Part shown: positions 23,202 through 34,274 of the stretch, piece after piece
How positions within the stretch are numbered: the stretch's first letter is position 1
How the letters are laid out: each line of letters opens with the position of its first letter
DNA from: Candidatus Aminicenantales bacterium
Lineage (GTDB): Bacteria > Acidobacteriota > Aminicenantia > Aminicenantales > Saccharicenantaceae
DNA: 60,564 nt
Assembly: GCA_049512315.1 (NCBI GenBank)
Contig: JBEKXF010000019.1
Span: 1-60,564 of the forward strand
Reading direction: 5' to 3'
The notes under the pieces: generated by a model
The model's input: the letters and a program-made list of their open reading frames with translations, nothing else
Told to the model about the DNA's origin: nothing
The model's database searches: none
Translations under genes and position numbers: made by a program

Positions 23202-26200
23202 GAATCCACCCCCATCTCCGGGTCCGCTGGCACATCCAGAACCTCGTCAGGAGGATCCGGAGGTTTGCGGTCACCTTCTTCGTCCTGCTTGTCCTTTTCG
23301 GGAGCGTCGTTGTCGGAAAGAACATTTTCCTGGGCCAGCTCAGGAGCGAAGTCCAGAAGGCCTTCCGGTACGGCGACCTCCGGATGTCCTATTTCCCGCC
23401 GGCCATCATCCTGGAGGACGTCCGCTCGATCGCCGGCCCGCCGCTCTTCCGGGCGCGGCGGGTGAGGGTCGAGCTTCCCTTCCTCTCCCTCCTGCGAAAC
23501 GAGAAGTCGGTCAACGTCCTGCTCGAGGGGCCCCAGATCAGAGTCCGGCCGGAGACGTCCCCGGCCCGGGGCCCGCGGCAGAAACTCCCGCTGTCGCTGC
23601 CGTTCACCATCGGACGGGGGCTCATCCAGGACGGGACGTTCTCCTTCGAAAGCGAGCAGGGATTTTTCGAGGCCCGGGGCATCAAGGCCCTGTTCACCCA
23701 GCGGAGCGGCGGGTTCGTCCTGAAGGCGACGTCCGAAAAGAGCACGTTCACCTCGATCCCGGAGAAACTCGAATTCAGCGGCAGCCTCAACATTGACCTC
23801 ACCGGAAAGGGGCAGGAGGTCAGGATCCAGAGGCTGACGGTCGAAGGGCCGGACGTCGCCGTGAAAGCGGAGGGCCGGCTCAGGAACCTTCAGGACCCGG
23901 AGTTCGACATCGACATGCGTTTCGAGGTCGAGACGGCCTACGCCGCCGCGCTCCTCAACCTCCCGTTCCAATGGAAGGGCAAGGCCGGCGGCCAGGGAAA
24001 GCTCGTCCGCAAGGCCGGCCAGGTTTCCTTCAATTCCGATATCGGCGGGGACCGGATCGTCCTCAACGAGGTTCCCATGGGCCGGATCCGCGGCCGCCTC
24101 GACCTCCGTTTCGGAACGGGCGGGACGGTGGACATCGGTATCCAGAAGCCCAACCTGCCCCCCGAATCGGTTTCGGTCTCGTTCCGTAAAGGCCGCGTGG
24201 AGGGCAGGGTCAGCGGCGTCCTCCTTGACCCGATCATGAAGAATTTCGGCCTCGCCTGGCCGGTGAAATCTCCGGCCTGGGGCGCGTTCAGCATGGAGAG
24301 CGACAAGCTCGACGCCGACGCCGAGTTCCGCGACCAGAAGCTCGACAGGGAGGGGGACCGGTTTTCCTTCCGCGGGGCCGTGAAGGTCCGGTTCAACGTG
24401 AAGACCCAAGACCTGGAGATCACAACGCGGGACATCCAATCGAACTTCGCCCGCCTCGAGGCCCGAGCGGCCCTTCGGGTCGGAGGCAACGTGGACACGG
24501 AGATCCGGGGAACGGTGACGGACCTCAAGCAGGCCCGGGAGTTCATTTCCCTGGCCGTCGGCAAGCCGTTCGTTTTCCCGGAGATCCGCGGGGCCGGCTT
24601 TGCCGATGTCCAGCTGACCGGAAGCGTGCTCAATCCCAGGGTCGCGATCAAGGGGTCCTTCGAGCCGGGCGGGTTCGACCTCTTCAACGCGGCCTACGTC
24701 GAGGGCGAGGCCGTCATCTTCGACGAGGGCTTCCAGGGCAAGTTCCGAGCCGAAGACCCCGACATCAAGGCGGACGTCCAGGTTTCCGTCGACGCCGAAA
24801 AGACCGAAGCCGACATCCGGAGCGCGGAGGGAGAGCTGACCAAGGTTTTCGCGGCGCTCCAGATCCCCATCTCCCTCGCGGGCCGGGCCGCGGGCGATTT
24901 CCACGTCGTCCAGACCCTGACGAGCCAGGGCGTCAGCGGGACGTTCACGAGCCCCGAGGTCCGGGGCTACGGCCAGACGTTCAGCAAGGTCACGGGCCGC
25001 CTCGAGTGGCGGGACGGGATCCTGTCCTTCCCCGAGATCGGCTTTGACCTCTATGGCGGCCGGATCCAGGGTCACGCCCTTTTCGGTACGGCGGACCAGG
25101 CCTTCGACGCCGACCTCCGCGGCGAGAACATCGACATCTCCCGCTTGACCCCCAAGGTCGGCGGCGTATTGTCGCTGGACGTCGCCGGGCGGGGCGTTTT
25201 CGGGAAAGACAAGCTCACGGGCCATTTCGCCGTCCGGGATTTTCTCCTGCCGCCGGTCCAGAAGAACGAGGTCCGGGGAGAGTTCAGCCTGGACGATGTC
25301 CGGGACAGCGTCGCCCTGGACATTCAGGCGGCCTTTCTGCCCGGGGACAACGAGGTCCGGGGGCTTCTCAGCGTCCCGCTCGCCGGAGACGCCCTGGCCG
25401 GAAGCATCAAGGGGCATTGGACGAACCTCGACCTTCTCCTCCCCTGGACGGGCGCCAAGGGGCGGCTGGATTTCAACGCCGAGTTGAGGGGGACAAAATC
25501 CTCCCCCCACGTTTCCGGCACGGTCGGATTCGCGGGTCCGCTCCTGCCTTTCCCTCGTTTCGCCCATGCCCTCACCGACTATTCGGGGACCCTCCAGGTC
25601 GAGGACGGCCGCATCACCGCGAGCGACCTCAAGGGCAAGCTGGGAGGGGGCGATGTCAAGGGGTCGGGCGAGATCGGACTCGGCCCGTCGGGCGTCGAGA
25701 CGATCGACGTGACCATGGACGGGAAGGACATGCAGGTCGCCCCTCTCGAACGGACCCGGGCCCTGGTGGACGGCACCGCCCGGCTGATCAAGGACAACCG
25801 GCAGTTCGTCCTCGACGGCGATTTCCTGATCAAGAGACTCACCTGGCGGCGCGAGATCTACGAGAAGTTCAGCTTCTCCTCCCAAACGCTCTACACGGCG
25901 AACTACGAGCCGGGCTTCTTTGACAACCTCTCCCTGAACCTCCGCCTGAGGGCCGTCGACAACGCCCTGATGGACAATTCCCTGGGACGCGTCAGCGGCC
26001 GGTTCGACCTCTCCATCACCGGCGACATCAACGATCCGATCCTCCTCGGGGACATCGAGGCCCTCAAGGGGAACGTCAATTTCCAGGACCAGACGTTCCG
26101 GGTTCTCAAGGGACGGCTGAGTTTCTTCAACCCCGCGAGCGTCGAGCCCTATCTCGAGCTCAAGGCCGAAACGTACGTCAAGGATTATCGGGTGACCATG

Positions 26201-26653
26201 ACCCTCAGCGGCCCCGCGAGCCGGCTCAAGCCGGAGTTCAGCTCCTCGCCCCCGATGCCGGCCGAAGATGTCCTGGCCCTCCTGGCCATGGGCGAGGCCT
26301 TCAAGAATACCTATTCGTATGACCCCGAGCGGAGCAACTCGCTGAGCACAGCCTCGCTCCTCTCCTTCCAGATCGCCGACCAGGCCAAGAAAAGGGCCGA
26401 AGGCCTGTTCACCCTGGACCGGTTCCGGATCGACCCGTTCGTCACCAGCACGTCGGCCGAAATGACGGCCCGGCTCACCCTGGGGAAAAAGCTGTCCCGC
26501 AACCTGCTCTTCATGTATTCGACAAACCTGGCGACAGAGCGCGAGGAGATCTACCGCATGGAATGGGAGGTCAGCAACGATTTCTCCCTGGTCGGCGTCC
26601 GCGACGAGCTCGGCCGGGTCAGCTTCGACCTGAAGTTCAGGAAGAGGTTCTGA
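23198..26653 (+). CDS. TamB/AsmA-like translocation and assembly module protein
   Basis: N-terminal membrane anchor, long beta-rich body, DUF490-like C-terminus ([21 protein letters not shown]); directly upstream of an Omp85 gene. Confidence 0.8.
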   Translation: MRIHPHLRVRWHIQNLVRRIRRFAVTFFVLLVLFGSVVVGKNIFLGQLRSEVQKAFRYGDLRMSYFPPAIILEDVRSIAGPPLFRARRVRVELPFLSLLRNEKSVNVLLEGPQIRVRPETSPARGPRQKLPLSLPFTIGRGLIQDGTFSFESEQGFFEARGIKALFTQRSGGFVLKATSEKSTFTSIPEKLEFSGSLNIDLTGKGQEVRIQRLTVEGPDVAVKAEGRLRNLQDPEFDIDMRFEVETAYAAALLNLPFQWKGKAGGQGKLVRKAGQVSFNSDIGGDRIVLNEVPMGRIRGRLDLRFGTGGTVDIGIQKPNLPPESVSVSFRKGRVEGRVSGVLLDPIMKNFGLAWPVKSPAWGAFSMESDKLDADAEFRDQKLDREGDRFSFRGAVKVRFNVKTQDLEITTRDIQSNFARLEARAALRVGGNVDTEIRGTVTDLKQAREFISLAVGKPFVFPEIRGAGFADVQLTGSVLNPRVAIKGSFEPGGFDLFNAAYVEGEAVIFDEGFQGKFRAEDPDIKADVQVSVDAEKTEADIRSAEGELTKVFAALQIPISLAGRAAGDFHVVQTLTSQGVSGTFTSPEVRGYGQTFSKVTGRLEWRDGILSFPEIGFDLYGGRIQGHALFGTADQAFDADLRGENIDISRLTPKVGGVLSLDVAGRGVFGKDKLTGHFAVRDFLLPPVQKNEVRGEFSLDDVRDSVALDIQAAFLPGDNEVRGLLSVPLAGDALAGSIKGHWTNLDLLLPWTGAKGRLDFNAELRGTKSSPHVSGTVGFAGPLLPFPRFAHALTDYSGTLQVEDGRITASDLKGKLGGGDVKGSGEIGLGPSGVETIDVTMDGKDMQVAPLERTRALVDGTARLIKDNRQFVLDGDFLIKRLTWRREIYEKFSFSSQTLYTANYEPGFFDNLSLNLRLRAVDNALMDNSLGRVSGRFDLSITGDINDPILLGDIEALKGNVNFQDQTFRVLKGRLSFFNPASVEPYLELKAETYVKDYRVTMTLSGPASRLKPEFSSSPPMPAEDVLALLAMGEAFKNTYSYDPERSNSLSTASLLSFQIADQAKKRAEGLFTLDRFRIDPFVTSTSAEMTARLTLGKKLSRNLLFMYSTNLATEREEIYRMEWEVSNDFSLVGVRDELGRVSFDLKFRKRF

Positions 26654-26654
26654 G

Positions 26655-29420
26655 ATGGGTTCTTGCGCGCGACGCATTCTCCCGACGGCCCGGGTCCTGG
26701 TAGTGCTCGCGCTCGTCTCGGCGCCCCCCCATGGGCTCGCCCAGGACGAAGCCTCCCCTCCCGTCGTTTCGAAAGTCGCTGTCCTTGTCGACGGGCGGCC
26801 GGTCCGGGGCGGCCCGCTCGCCGACCTCATCCCCGTCAAGCCCGGCGACCCCTTTTCTCCGGCCGCCGTGGACCGGGTGGTCAAACAGGTTTTTAAAACC
26901 GGCCTCTTTTCCGACATCCACGTGACCCGGAGCGGCGAGCTCCAGGTGGAACTGACGTTTTCTCTCACCCGGAACATCGTCGTCGAGCACGTCTTTTTCC
27001 AGGGGGCCGGGGTCAAGCCCTCGAGACTGCGGGAGACCATGGAAACGCTCCGCCCGGGGAGCGCTTTCATCGAAGACCGTCTGCCGAAAGCGATCGAGGA
27101 GATCAAGGGGGGCCTGAGGCGCGAAGGATATTTCGGCGCCACGGTGACGGGCTCGACACGGAAAGACCCTCAGGAGCCCCGGATCGACATCTATTTCAGG
27201 ATCACGGACTGGAAAAGGTACCGGATCCGGACGATCGAACTCCGCGGTCCCATCGTGGCCGAGGCCACGAACATCGGGAAACGGATGAAGAGCCGGAAGG
27301 GCGACCTCTATGCCCCCGCCCGGCTGGAGAAGGACGTCCAGGCCCTCGGGGCGTACTACACCTCGCTGGGCTACCGGCGGGCCGACATCCAGGTCGCCGG
27401 CGAGCGGTTCGATGAAGCGGCGAAGGCCGTGGACATCGAGCTCGAGATCCAGCCTCGGGAGAAGATCACGATCATCATCAACGGGGCCCGCGTCCCCTCG
27501 AGCCTCCTGGCCCCCATCTGGGAGGAGCGCATTTTCGAGGAATGGGGCCTGGCCGAAGGCGAAGTCCGGATTCTGAACCACCTCAGGAAAAAAGGCTACG
27601 TCTACGCGACCCTGAAAAGCCGGATCGAGAGACCCGGGAACGAGATCCAGGTCGTTTATGATGTCGTCCCCGGAAAAAAATACCGGATCGAGAAGGTCTC
27701 GTTCGAAGGGCTGAAAACGTTCAGCGCCCAGAGGCTCAGGGAAGAGCTGGTCGTCAGTGAGGGGACCCTTTTCTTCTCGCTCCTCAGCTACGACCGGCTG
27801 TTCGCCCTGCCCCGGGAGATCGAATATTTCTACCAGGCGCATGGGTTCCCGGCCGTCCGGGCCGAGCTCGAGCTGCCCAGGACCGCGAAGGGCGTCAACG
27901 CCATCCTGAAGATCGATGAGGGGCCGCAGCAGAGGATCCAATCCATCACCGTTGCCGGCGCGCACCTGTTCCGCCCGGAAGAGGTCCTCAAGGAGCTGGT
28001 GAGCGTCCGGGGCGGGCCGTATTTCCCGCCCAACGTCCAGCGGGACGCGGAGATCATCGAAACCTACTATCTCAACCACGGCGTCCGGGGGACGAAGATC
28101 AGCCCCCGGGTGGAACCGGCGGGAGAGAACCTCTTCGCCCTGACCTTCGAGATCGAAGAGGGGAGCCCCGTCGTCATCCAGAACATCCTCATCACGGGGA
28201 ACAGGCTGACCCGGACGAGCGTCATCGAGAAGGAGATCCAAGTCCGGAAAGGGGCGCCGGCGGACGCCTCGCTCATCCAGGAAACCAAGAGGCGCCTGGA
28301 GCGGCTGGGTGTCTTCTCGGACGTCCGGACGGACGAGGTCCTCATGGAGCCCGGGAAGGAAAACCTTGTCGTCACCGTCCAGGAGGGCGAGGCGAACTAC
28401 GCGGGCGTCGGGCTCGGGTTCGAATCGAGGAACGCCGTCCCGTCCGCGGAGCCCGTCCAGTTCAGGCCCAGTGGGACGGCCGAATACATCCGGAGCAACG
28501 TCCTCGGGAGGGCGGCCCAGCTGAGTCTTGTCGGCCAGTACAGCGACGTCGAACGTCGGGCCATCCTCTCCTTAAACCAGCCCTACCTGTTCGGCGCGGC
28601 CCTCCGGCCGTCCCTCCTCGGCTGGATCGAGAAGGAAGACCGGACGAGCTTCACCTTCGACCGCCGCGGCGTCAGCTTCAACCTGTCCCGGCCGCTCCTG
28701 CCCCACCTCATCCTGATCGGGGCCCTCAGCTGGAGCCGCACGGATCTTTCAAACCTCCAGATCCCCGAATCCGAAATCGACATCCGGCTCCAGCATTATT
28801 CCACGACCCTCGTCTCGGTCAGCGTGGCCCTGGACAAGCGGGATGACTCGTTCAACCCGGAGAAAGGGTATTTCCTGAGTGTCGTCTCCGAACTCGCCAA
28901 GCCTCTCTTCGGGACGGAGTCGGACTACTGGAAGACCTTTTTCAAGTTCCAGTACTTCAGGCCCGTGATGCCCCAAGTCAACTTCAGCCTGCTCGCCCGG
29001 GTCGGCCTGGCCCAGGGGGAAATTTCCGTCCCGGAGAGGTTCTTCGCCGGGGGGAGCAACTCGTTCCGGGGGGAATCGTTCGACTACCTCGGCCCGAAAG
29101 ACCCCGTGACTCTCAAGCCCGAGGGAGGCCGGGCGCTCTTCCTTCTCAATGCCGAGATGAGATTCCCGATCCTTCCTTCGTTCAAGGAGCTTTCGGGGGG
29201 CGTCTTTTTCGACCTCGGCAATGTCTTCGGGTACATCGAGGATATCCGGATCCGGGACCTTGAGGCGGCCCTTGGACTGGGGATCCGCTACAGGACTCCG
29301 CTCGGCCCAGTGCGGCTCGAGCTCGCTTGGAACGTCCATACGCCTCAGGTGAACATCGCCCCGCCGCAAACTCGGAAGAAGACGCCATACTTTTTCATCA
29401 CGATCGGAAATGTGTTCTAG
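26655..29420 (+). CDS. Omp85 (BamA/TamA) family outer-membrane protein with many POTRA domains
   Basis: Signal peptide; repeated POTRA motifs (Y...GY, I.I.GN..T); ERFFAGGSNSFRG; GLGIRYRTPLGPVRLE; terminal Phe. Confidence 0.9.
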   Translation: MGSCARRILPTARVLVVLALVSAPPHGLAQDEASPPVVSKVAVLVDGRPVRGGPLADLIPVKPGDPFSPAAVDRVVKQVFKTGLFSDIHVTRSGELQVELTFSLTRNIVVEHVFFQGAGVKPSRLRETMETLRPGSAFIEDRLPKAIEEIKGGLRREGYFGATVTGSTRKDPQEPRIDIYFRITDWKRYRIRTIELRGPIVAEATNIGKRMKSRKGDLYAPARLEKDVQALGAYYTSLGYRRADIQVAGERFDEAAKAVDIELEIQPREKITIIINGARVPSSLLAPIWEERIFEEWGLAEGEVRILNHLRKKGYVYATLKSRIERPGNEIQVVYDVVPGKKYRIEKVSFEGLKTFSAQRLREELVVSEGTLFFSLLSYDRLFALPREIEYFYQAHGFPAVRAELELPRTAKGVNAILKIDEGPQQRIQSITVAGAHLFRPEEVLKELVSVRGGPYFPPNVQRDAEIIETYYLNHGVRGTKISPRVEPAGENLFALTFEIEEGSPVVIQNILITGNRLTRTSVIEKEIQVRKGAPADASLIQETKRRLERLGVFSDVRTDEVLMEPGKENLVVTVQEGEANYAGVGLGFESRNAVPSAEPVQFRPSGTAEYIRSNVLGRAAQLSLVGQYSDVERRAILSLNQPYLFGAALRPSLLGWIEKEDRTSFTFDRRGVSFNLSRPLLPHLILIGALSWSRTDLSNLQIPESEIDIRLQHYSTTLVSVSVALDKRDDSFNPEKGYFLSVVSELAKPLFGTESDYWKTFFKFQYFRPVMPQVNFSLLARVGLAQGEISVPERFFAGGSNSFRGESFDYLGPKDPVTLKPEGGRALFLLNAEMRFPILPSFKELSGGVFFDLGNVFGYIEDIRIRDLEAALGLGIRYRTPLGPVRLELAWNVHTPQVNIAPPQTRKKTPYFFITIGNVF

Positions 29421-29424
29421 GGCC

Positions 29425-30066
29425 ATGATCAAGAAAGTCGCTTGTTTCTTCCTGTTTTGTCTCTTGGGCCCGGGCCTCGGACGGGCCCAGACGGTGAATT
29501 GCCTGGTCGCTTTCGTCAACGGCGAGGCCCTGACCTTGGCGGACCTCCAGATCGCCCAGGAATTCGGGCTCTACGATCGTGACATCATCAAGGGCGGGAG
29601 CGGCGACCTCCGGCTGGCCACCCTCGACGCCCTCATCGACCAGAAGGTCGTCCTGGAGGTGGCCCGGGGGCCCGCGGCAGTCGGAAAGGACGAGCTCTCC
29701 CAGGCCCTCGGGGCCCTCCGGGATAGGCTCGGGCCGGCCGTTTTTCGGAACAAGCTCAGTCACTTCGGGTTGGCCGAAGACGATCTCCGGCCGTATCTTG
29801 CGGACAGGATCCGGTTCGCCAAGGCGGTTTCCACCCGTTTCAGGGCGGTCATCCCCGTTTCGCACGGCGACGTCGAGAAGTTCTACCGCGAGATTTACGA
29901 CCCCGAGGAGCGGGCGAAAGGCCTCGAGCCCGAGCCACTCGAGAGCGTCCTCCCGGGGCTCGAAACGCGGGTCCGGGACGACCTCAGAGCCCGGAAGGTG
30001 GCCGAGTGGGTCCGGACGATCCGGGCCCAGGCGGAGGTCCGGGTCAACAGGGATTGTCTCAAGTGA
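29425..30066 (+). CDS. SurA N-terminal-domain-like periplasmic chaperone, no PPIase domain
   Basis: Signal peptide; VAFVNGEALTLADL, LDALIDQKVV, WVRTIRAQAEVRV. Confidence 0.6.
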   Translation: MIKKVACFFLFCLLGPGLGRAQTVNCLVAFVNGEALTLADLQIAQEFGLYDRDIIKGGSGDLRLATLDALIDQKVVLEVARGPAAVGKDELSQALGALRDRLGPAVFRNKLSHFGLAEDDLRPYLADRIRFAKAVSTRFRAVIPVSHGDVEKFYREIYDPEERAKGLEPEPLESVLPGLETRVRDDLRARKVAEWVRTIRAQAEVRVNRDCLK

Positions 30067-30082
30067 CGGCCGGGAGGTCGAT

Positions 30083-31015
30083 ATGAGCCGGATCGCATGC
30101 CTTTTCCCGGGCCAGGGGTCCCAGGCCGTCGGCATGGGGCGTGACCTCTACGAACGCTCGCCGCTCGTCCGCGGACTCTACGCGAAGGCCGACGACGTCC
30201 TCGGCGTCCCGATCTCGAAAATATCCTTCGAGGGCCCGGAAGAGGAGCTCCGGCTCACCGCGAACACCCAGCCGGCCCTCCTCGTCATGGGCGTTGCGGC
30301 GTTCCGGCTCCTCGGCCTCGAGCCCGCCGTCGCCGCTGGGCACAGTCTCGGCGAATATTGCGCCCTCGTCGCGGCCGGCGGTTTGCGCTTCGAGGACGCC
30401 GTCGGCCTCGTCCGGAAGAGAGGACAGTACATGCAGGACGCCGTTCCGGTCGGGACCGGGGCCATGGCGGCGATCCTCGGCGTCCCCGGCGCCGCGATCC
30501 AGAGAGGGCTCGAGCAAGTGCGGGCCGGCGTTGTCGAGATTGCTAACTGGAACAGCGAAGAGCAGATCGTCATCTCCGGCGAGAAAGCGGCCGTCGAGGA
30601 GGCCCTGGCCCTGATCAAACCGCCGCGCTCGGTCATGCTCCCGGTCAGTGCCCCTTTTCATTCCCGCCTTATGAAGCGCGCCGAAGCGAAGCTGGCCGCC
30701 GACTTGGATGCTGCCAAGTTCGACGACTTGAGGTTCCCCGTCATCACCAACGTCGACGCCCGGGTCATCCGAACCGGGGAGGAGGCCCGCCTGGCCCTGA
30801 AGCGCCAGGTCAGCCGCGCCGTCCTGTGGACGAAGTCTATGAATGTCCTGAGGGAGATGGAAATCGACGCCTGCGTCGAGCTGGGACCGGGCAAGGTCCT
30901 GTCCGGGCTGTTGAAGCGCGCCAGCCGCGGCTGGCCCAAGGCGCCGGTCTGCCACAACGTGGATGGCTTCGAAGGGCTGGAAAAAACGAGAGCCGCTCTC
31001 TCAGGGTTGCTTTGA
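30083..31015 (+). CDS. fabD: Malonyl-CoA:ACP transacylase
   Basis: FPGQGSQ, TQPAL, AGHSLGEY, VSAPFHS, ELGPGKVL. Confidence 0.96.
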   Translation: MSRIACLFPGQGSQAVGMGRDLYERSPLVRGLYAKADDVLGVPISKISFEGPEEELRLTANTQPALLVMGVAAFRLLGLEPAVAAGHSLGEYCALVAAGGLRFEDAVGLVRKRGQYMQDAVPVGTGAMAAILGVPGAAIQRGLEQVRAGVVEIANWNSEEQIVISGEKAAVEEALALIKPPRSVMLPVSAPFHSRLMKRAEAKLAADLDAAKFDDLRFPVITNVDARVIRTGEEARLALKRQVSRAVLWTKSMNVLREMEIDACVELGPGKVLSGLLKRASRGWPKAPVCHNVDGFEGLEKTRAALSGLL

Positions 31016-31543
31016 GAGGACCTGCGGTCCGTAGCGGATGTAATACTCGGCCGCCGAGACGAGAGCCGCGATGATGACCAGATAGAGGCCGATCTGGGCG
31101 AGGAAGTAGAACTTCCCGAAGTAGACGGGGCCGAAGATGAGGGCGCCGATCGCCCAGGACTCGATCCCCATCTTGGCTTTCCCGAGCCCCGACGCGGGGA
31201 TGTTCAGGCCCCTGGAGGAGGCGATCGCCCGGAACCCCGAGACGGCGAGCTCCCTCCCGATGATGACCACGGCTGCCCAGGCTGGGACCCGGCCGAGCTG
31301 CACCAGGCAGATGACGGCCGAAGTGATGAGGAGCTTGTCGGCCGTCGGGTCGAGCAGCTGGCCCATGACCGTGACCAGCCCTTTTTTGCGGGCCAAATAG
31401 CCGTCCAGCCAGTCGGTAATGGTGGCAAAGACGAAGATCGCCGTGCCGATGAGGTCGCGGCCCGGAAAGTCCGTGAGGAGGACGGCGACCAGGACCGGGA
31501 TGGCGAGGATCCTGGCCAGGGTCAGATAATTCGGCGCGTTCAC
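31001..31543 (-). CDS. pgsA: CDP-diacylglycerol--glycerol-3-phosphate 3-phosphatidyltransferase
   Basis: PNYLTLAR, TDWLDGYLAR, GQLLDPTADK, GRELAVSGFR. Confidence 0.92.
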   Translation of the reverse strand: MNAPNYLTLARILAIPVLVAVLLTDFPGRDLIGTAIFVFATITDWLDGYLARKKGLVTVMGQLLDPTADKLLITSAVICLVQLGRVPAWAAVVIIGRELAVSGFRAIASSRGLNIPASGLGKAKMGIESWAIGALIFGPVYFGKFYFLAQIGLYLVIIAALVSAAEYYIRYGPQVLSKQP

Positions 31544-31550
31544 GAAGTCG

Positions 31551-31622
31551 AGATTACTATAGCTTTCCGCAAATTGTCAATCGCGGCCTTCTCTTGAAAA
31601 TCGTCCTAGGCCTCAGTATATT
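31551..31622. promoter_or_regulatory. Divergent sigma70-type promoters for pgsA and mutS
   Basis: Minus: TTGACA-N18-TAATCT, 7 nt before the pgsA GTG; plus: TTGAAA-N17-TATATT, 12 nt before the mutS ATG. Confidence 0.55.
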
Positions 31623-31634
31623 GGGGGACGAACC

Positions 31635-34274
31635 ATGGCTAACGACACCTCTCTGACTCCGATGATGGAGCAGTATTTCCGGATCAAGGCCGAGGTCCGG
31701 GACGCCTTCCTCTTTTTCCGCCTGGGCGATTTCTACGAGATGTTCTATGAGGACGCCAAGCTCGCCGCGCCCCTCCTGGGGCTCGCCCTGACGTCCCGGC
31801 AAAAGGTCCCCATGTGCGGCGTCCCGTACCATGCCGTGAATTCCTACCTGACGAAACTTCTCCGCCTCGGGCACAAGGTCGCGATCTGCGACCAGGTCGA
31901 GGACCCCAAGTCGGCCAAGGGGGTGGTCAAGCGGGAAGTCATCAAGGTCCTGACGCCCGGCACGGCGGTCGAGATCGAATCGGACGACGCCAAGGAGACG
32001 ACCTTCATCGCCTCCGTCGACCTCGAGGAGGACGGCTGGGGACTGGCCCTGGCCGACCTCGTGTCCGGGGAGATGCGGACGGTCGAAGGCGATTGGCCGG
32101 ACCTGAAGACGCTGGCCGACGAGATGTTCAGGGCCGCCCCCAAGGAGATCCTTTTCCCCGAAGGGGAGGAGGAGCGCCTGAGACGCGTCCTCGCGTCGAA
32201 CGGTCTCGTCTCGGTGCCCAAGAGCCCGGCCGAGCCATGGCTCTTCGACTATCCCCAGGCGAGCCACGTCCTCCTCGACCATTTCGGGGCCAGGTCCCTG
32301 GCCGGTTTCGGCCTCGCGGACAGGAACCGGGCCGTCTCGGCCGCGGGCGCCCTCCTTTATTATATGAAGAAGGTCCGGCGGGACTCCCTGGGCCTCATCG
32401 ACCGGATCTCCTATCTCCATTCCGGGGACCGCCTCAACCTCGACGCCACGACCATCCGGAACCTCGAGCTCGTCCGCAACCTCCGCGACGGCCGGGTCAA
32501 GGACTCCCTCCTCGATGTCATCGACTTCACGGTCACGGCCCCGGGCGGCCGGCTCCTCCGGGCCTGGCTCCTGCAGCCCCTCTTCGATACGGCGGGGATC
32601 GCCGACCGTCTCGACGCGGTCGAAGAGGCCCTTCGGCTGACCATCAACCGACAGGAGCTTCGGGAGCTTATCGCCGCGGTCCATGACTTGGAACGGCTCG
32701 TGGGAAAGATCTCGCTCGCAGCCGCCAACCCGCGGGACCTCGTGGCCCTCAAGAGGTCCCTCGGCCCGCTTCCCGGGATCCAGGAAGGAATCCGGGCGCT
32801 CTCGGCAAAGCTCTTCCGGGACATTCTCGGCCGGTGGGACAGCGCCAGCGACGTCGTCGACCTCATCGAGAAGGCCATCCTGGACGAGCCGGCCTTCCTG
32901 CTGACGGAAGGCGGGATCATCAAGGACGGACATCACGCCGAGCTCGACGACCTGAGGTCCGTCAGCCGTTCGGGAAAAACCCTCATCGCCCAGATCGAAA
33001 AGCGGGAGCGCGAGCGGACGGGGATCGGGTCGCTCAAGGTCCGCTACAACAAGGTTTTCGGTTATTACATCGAGGTAACGAAGCCGCACCTGCCCCAGGT
33101 CCCTTCCGATTACATGCGGAAGCAGACCCTCGTCGGCTCTGAACGCTTCCTGACCCCCGAGCTCAAGGACTACGAGGAGAAGGTCCTCCACGCCGAGGAG
33201 CGGATCGGTGTCCTCGAGCAGCAGCTGTTCCTGGAGATCCGCGAGGCCGTGGCTCGGGAGACCCACAGGCTCCAGAGGATCGCGGCCGACGTCGCCTGCA
33301 TCGACGTCCTGCTCTCCATGGCCGAGTGCGCCGCCCGGAGAAATTACGTCCGTCCCGAAGTCGACGACGGCGAGGCCATTGTCATCCGCGAGGGGCGGCA
33401 CCCCGTGATTGAGGTCAGCCAGGGAGAGCCCTTCATCCCGAACGACACCGATATCGACGGAAGCGACAACCAGATCCTGATCATCACCGGGCCCAACATG
33501 GGAGGGAAATCGACCTACCTCCGGCAGGTGGCCCTGATCTCCATCCTCGGACAGGCGGGCTCGTTCGTCCCCGCGAAGTCGGCGAGGCTCGGCCTCGTCG
33601 ACAAGATCTTCACCCGGATCGGGGCCATGGATTTCCTGAGCGTCGGCCAGTCCACGTTCATGGTCGAGATGCTCGAGACGGCCGGCATCCTCCACAACGC
33701 GACGTCCCGGAGCCTGATCCTCCTCGACGAGGTCGGGCGGGGCACCAGCACGTTCGACGGGTTGAGCATCGCCTGGGCCGTGGCCGAGTACCTCCACGAG
33801 CGGGAGGGCCTCCGGGCCAAGACCCTCTTCGCCACCCATTATCATGAGTTGACCGAGCTCGCCCTGACCTTGAAGAGGATCAAAAACTATCACGTCGCCG
33901 TCAAGGAGTGGAAAGACGAGGTCATCTTCCTGCGGAAGATCATTCCCGGACCGTCGGACCAGAGCTATGGGATCCACGTCGCCAAGCTGGCCGGGATCCC
34001 CCGGGACGTCATCGACCGGGCCCGCGAGATCCTGTTCAACCTCGAGAACCAGGAGCTTGACGAGGCCGGCCTGCCGCGCCTCGCCTATCGGACGCGGAAG
34101 AACCACGACCGGAGCCAGCTCATGCTCTTCGCCGAAGACCGGGAGTTCGCCCTCCTCAAAGACATGAGAAGCGAGATCGAAGAGCTCGACCTCTCCTCCC
34201 TGACCCCCCTGGAGGCCCTGAATATTCTCGGCGGTCTCAAGAACCGCCTCAAGCCGGGGACGAAGCCTCAATAG
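31635..34274 (+). CDS. mutS: DNA mismatch repair protein MutS
   Basis: TPMMEQY, GDFYEMF, TGPNMGGKST, STFMVEM, DEVGRGTST, SYGIHVAKLAG. Confidence 0.97.
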   Translation: MANDTSLTPMMEQYFRIKAEVRDAFLFFRLGDFYEMFYEDAKLAAPLLGLALTSRQKVPMCGVPYHAVNSYLTKLLRLGHKVAICDQVEDPKSAKGVVKREVIKVLTPGTAVEIESDDAKETTFIASVDLEEDGWGLALADLVSGEMRTVEGDWPDLKTLADEMFRAAPKEILFPEGEEERLRRVLASNGLVSVPKSPAEPWLFDYPQASHVLLDHFGARSLAGFGLADRNRAVSAAGALLYYMKKVRRDSLGLIDRISYLHSGDRLNLDATTIRNLELVRNLRDGRVKDSLLDVIDFTVTAPGGRLLRAWLLQPLFDTAGIADRLDAVEEALRLTINRQELRELIAAVHDLERLVGKISLAAANPRDLVALKRSLGPLPGIQEGIRALSAKLFRDILGRWDSASDVVDLIEKAILDEPAFLLTEGGIIKDGHHAELDDLRSVSRSGKTLIAQIEKRERERTGIGSLKVRYNKVFGYYIEVTKPHLPQVPSDYMRKQTLVGSERFLTPELKDYEEKVLHAEERIGVLEQQLFLEIREAVARETHRLQRIAADVACIDVLLSMAECAARRNYVRPEVDDGEAIVIREGRHPVIEVSQGEPFIPNDTDIDGSDNQILIITGPNMGGKSTYLRQVALISILGQAGSFVPAKSARLGLVDKIFTRIGAMDFLSVGQSTFMVEMLETAGILHNATSRSLILLDEVGRGTSTFDGLSIAWAVAEYLHEREGLRAKTLFATHYHELTELALTLKRIKNYHVAVKEWKDEVIFLRKIIPGPSDQSYGIHVAKLAGIPRDVIDRAREILFNLENQELDEAGLPRLAYRTRKNHDRSQLMLFAEDREFALLKDMRSEIEELDLSSLTPLEALNILGGLKNRLKPGTKPQ

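Noticed and set aside
23015..27142. Very long antisense ORFs (also 31557-34271, 35126-36799, 18753-20561, 5351-7081)
   Set aside because: Shadow frames of high-GC coding genes with no recognisable motifs
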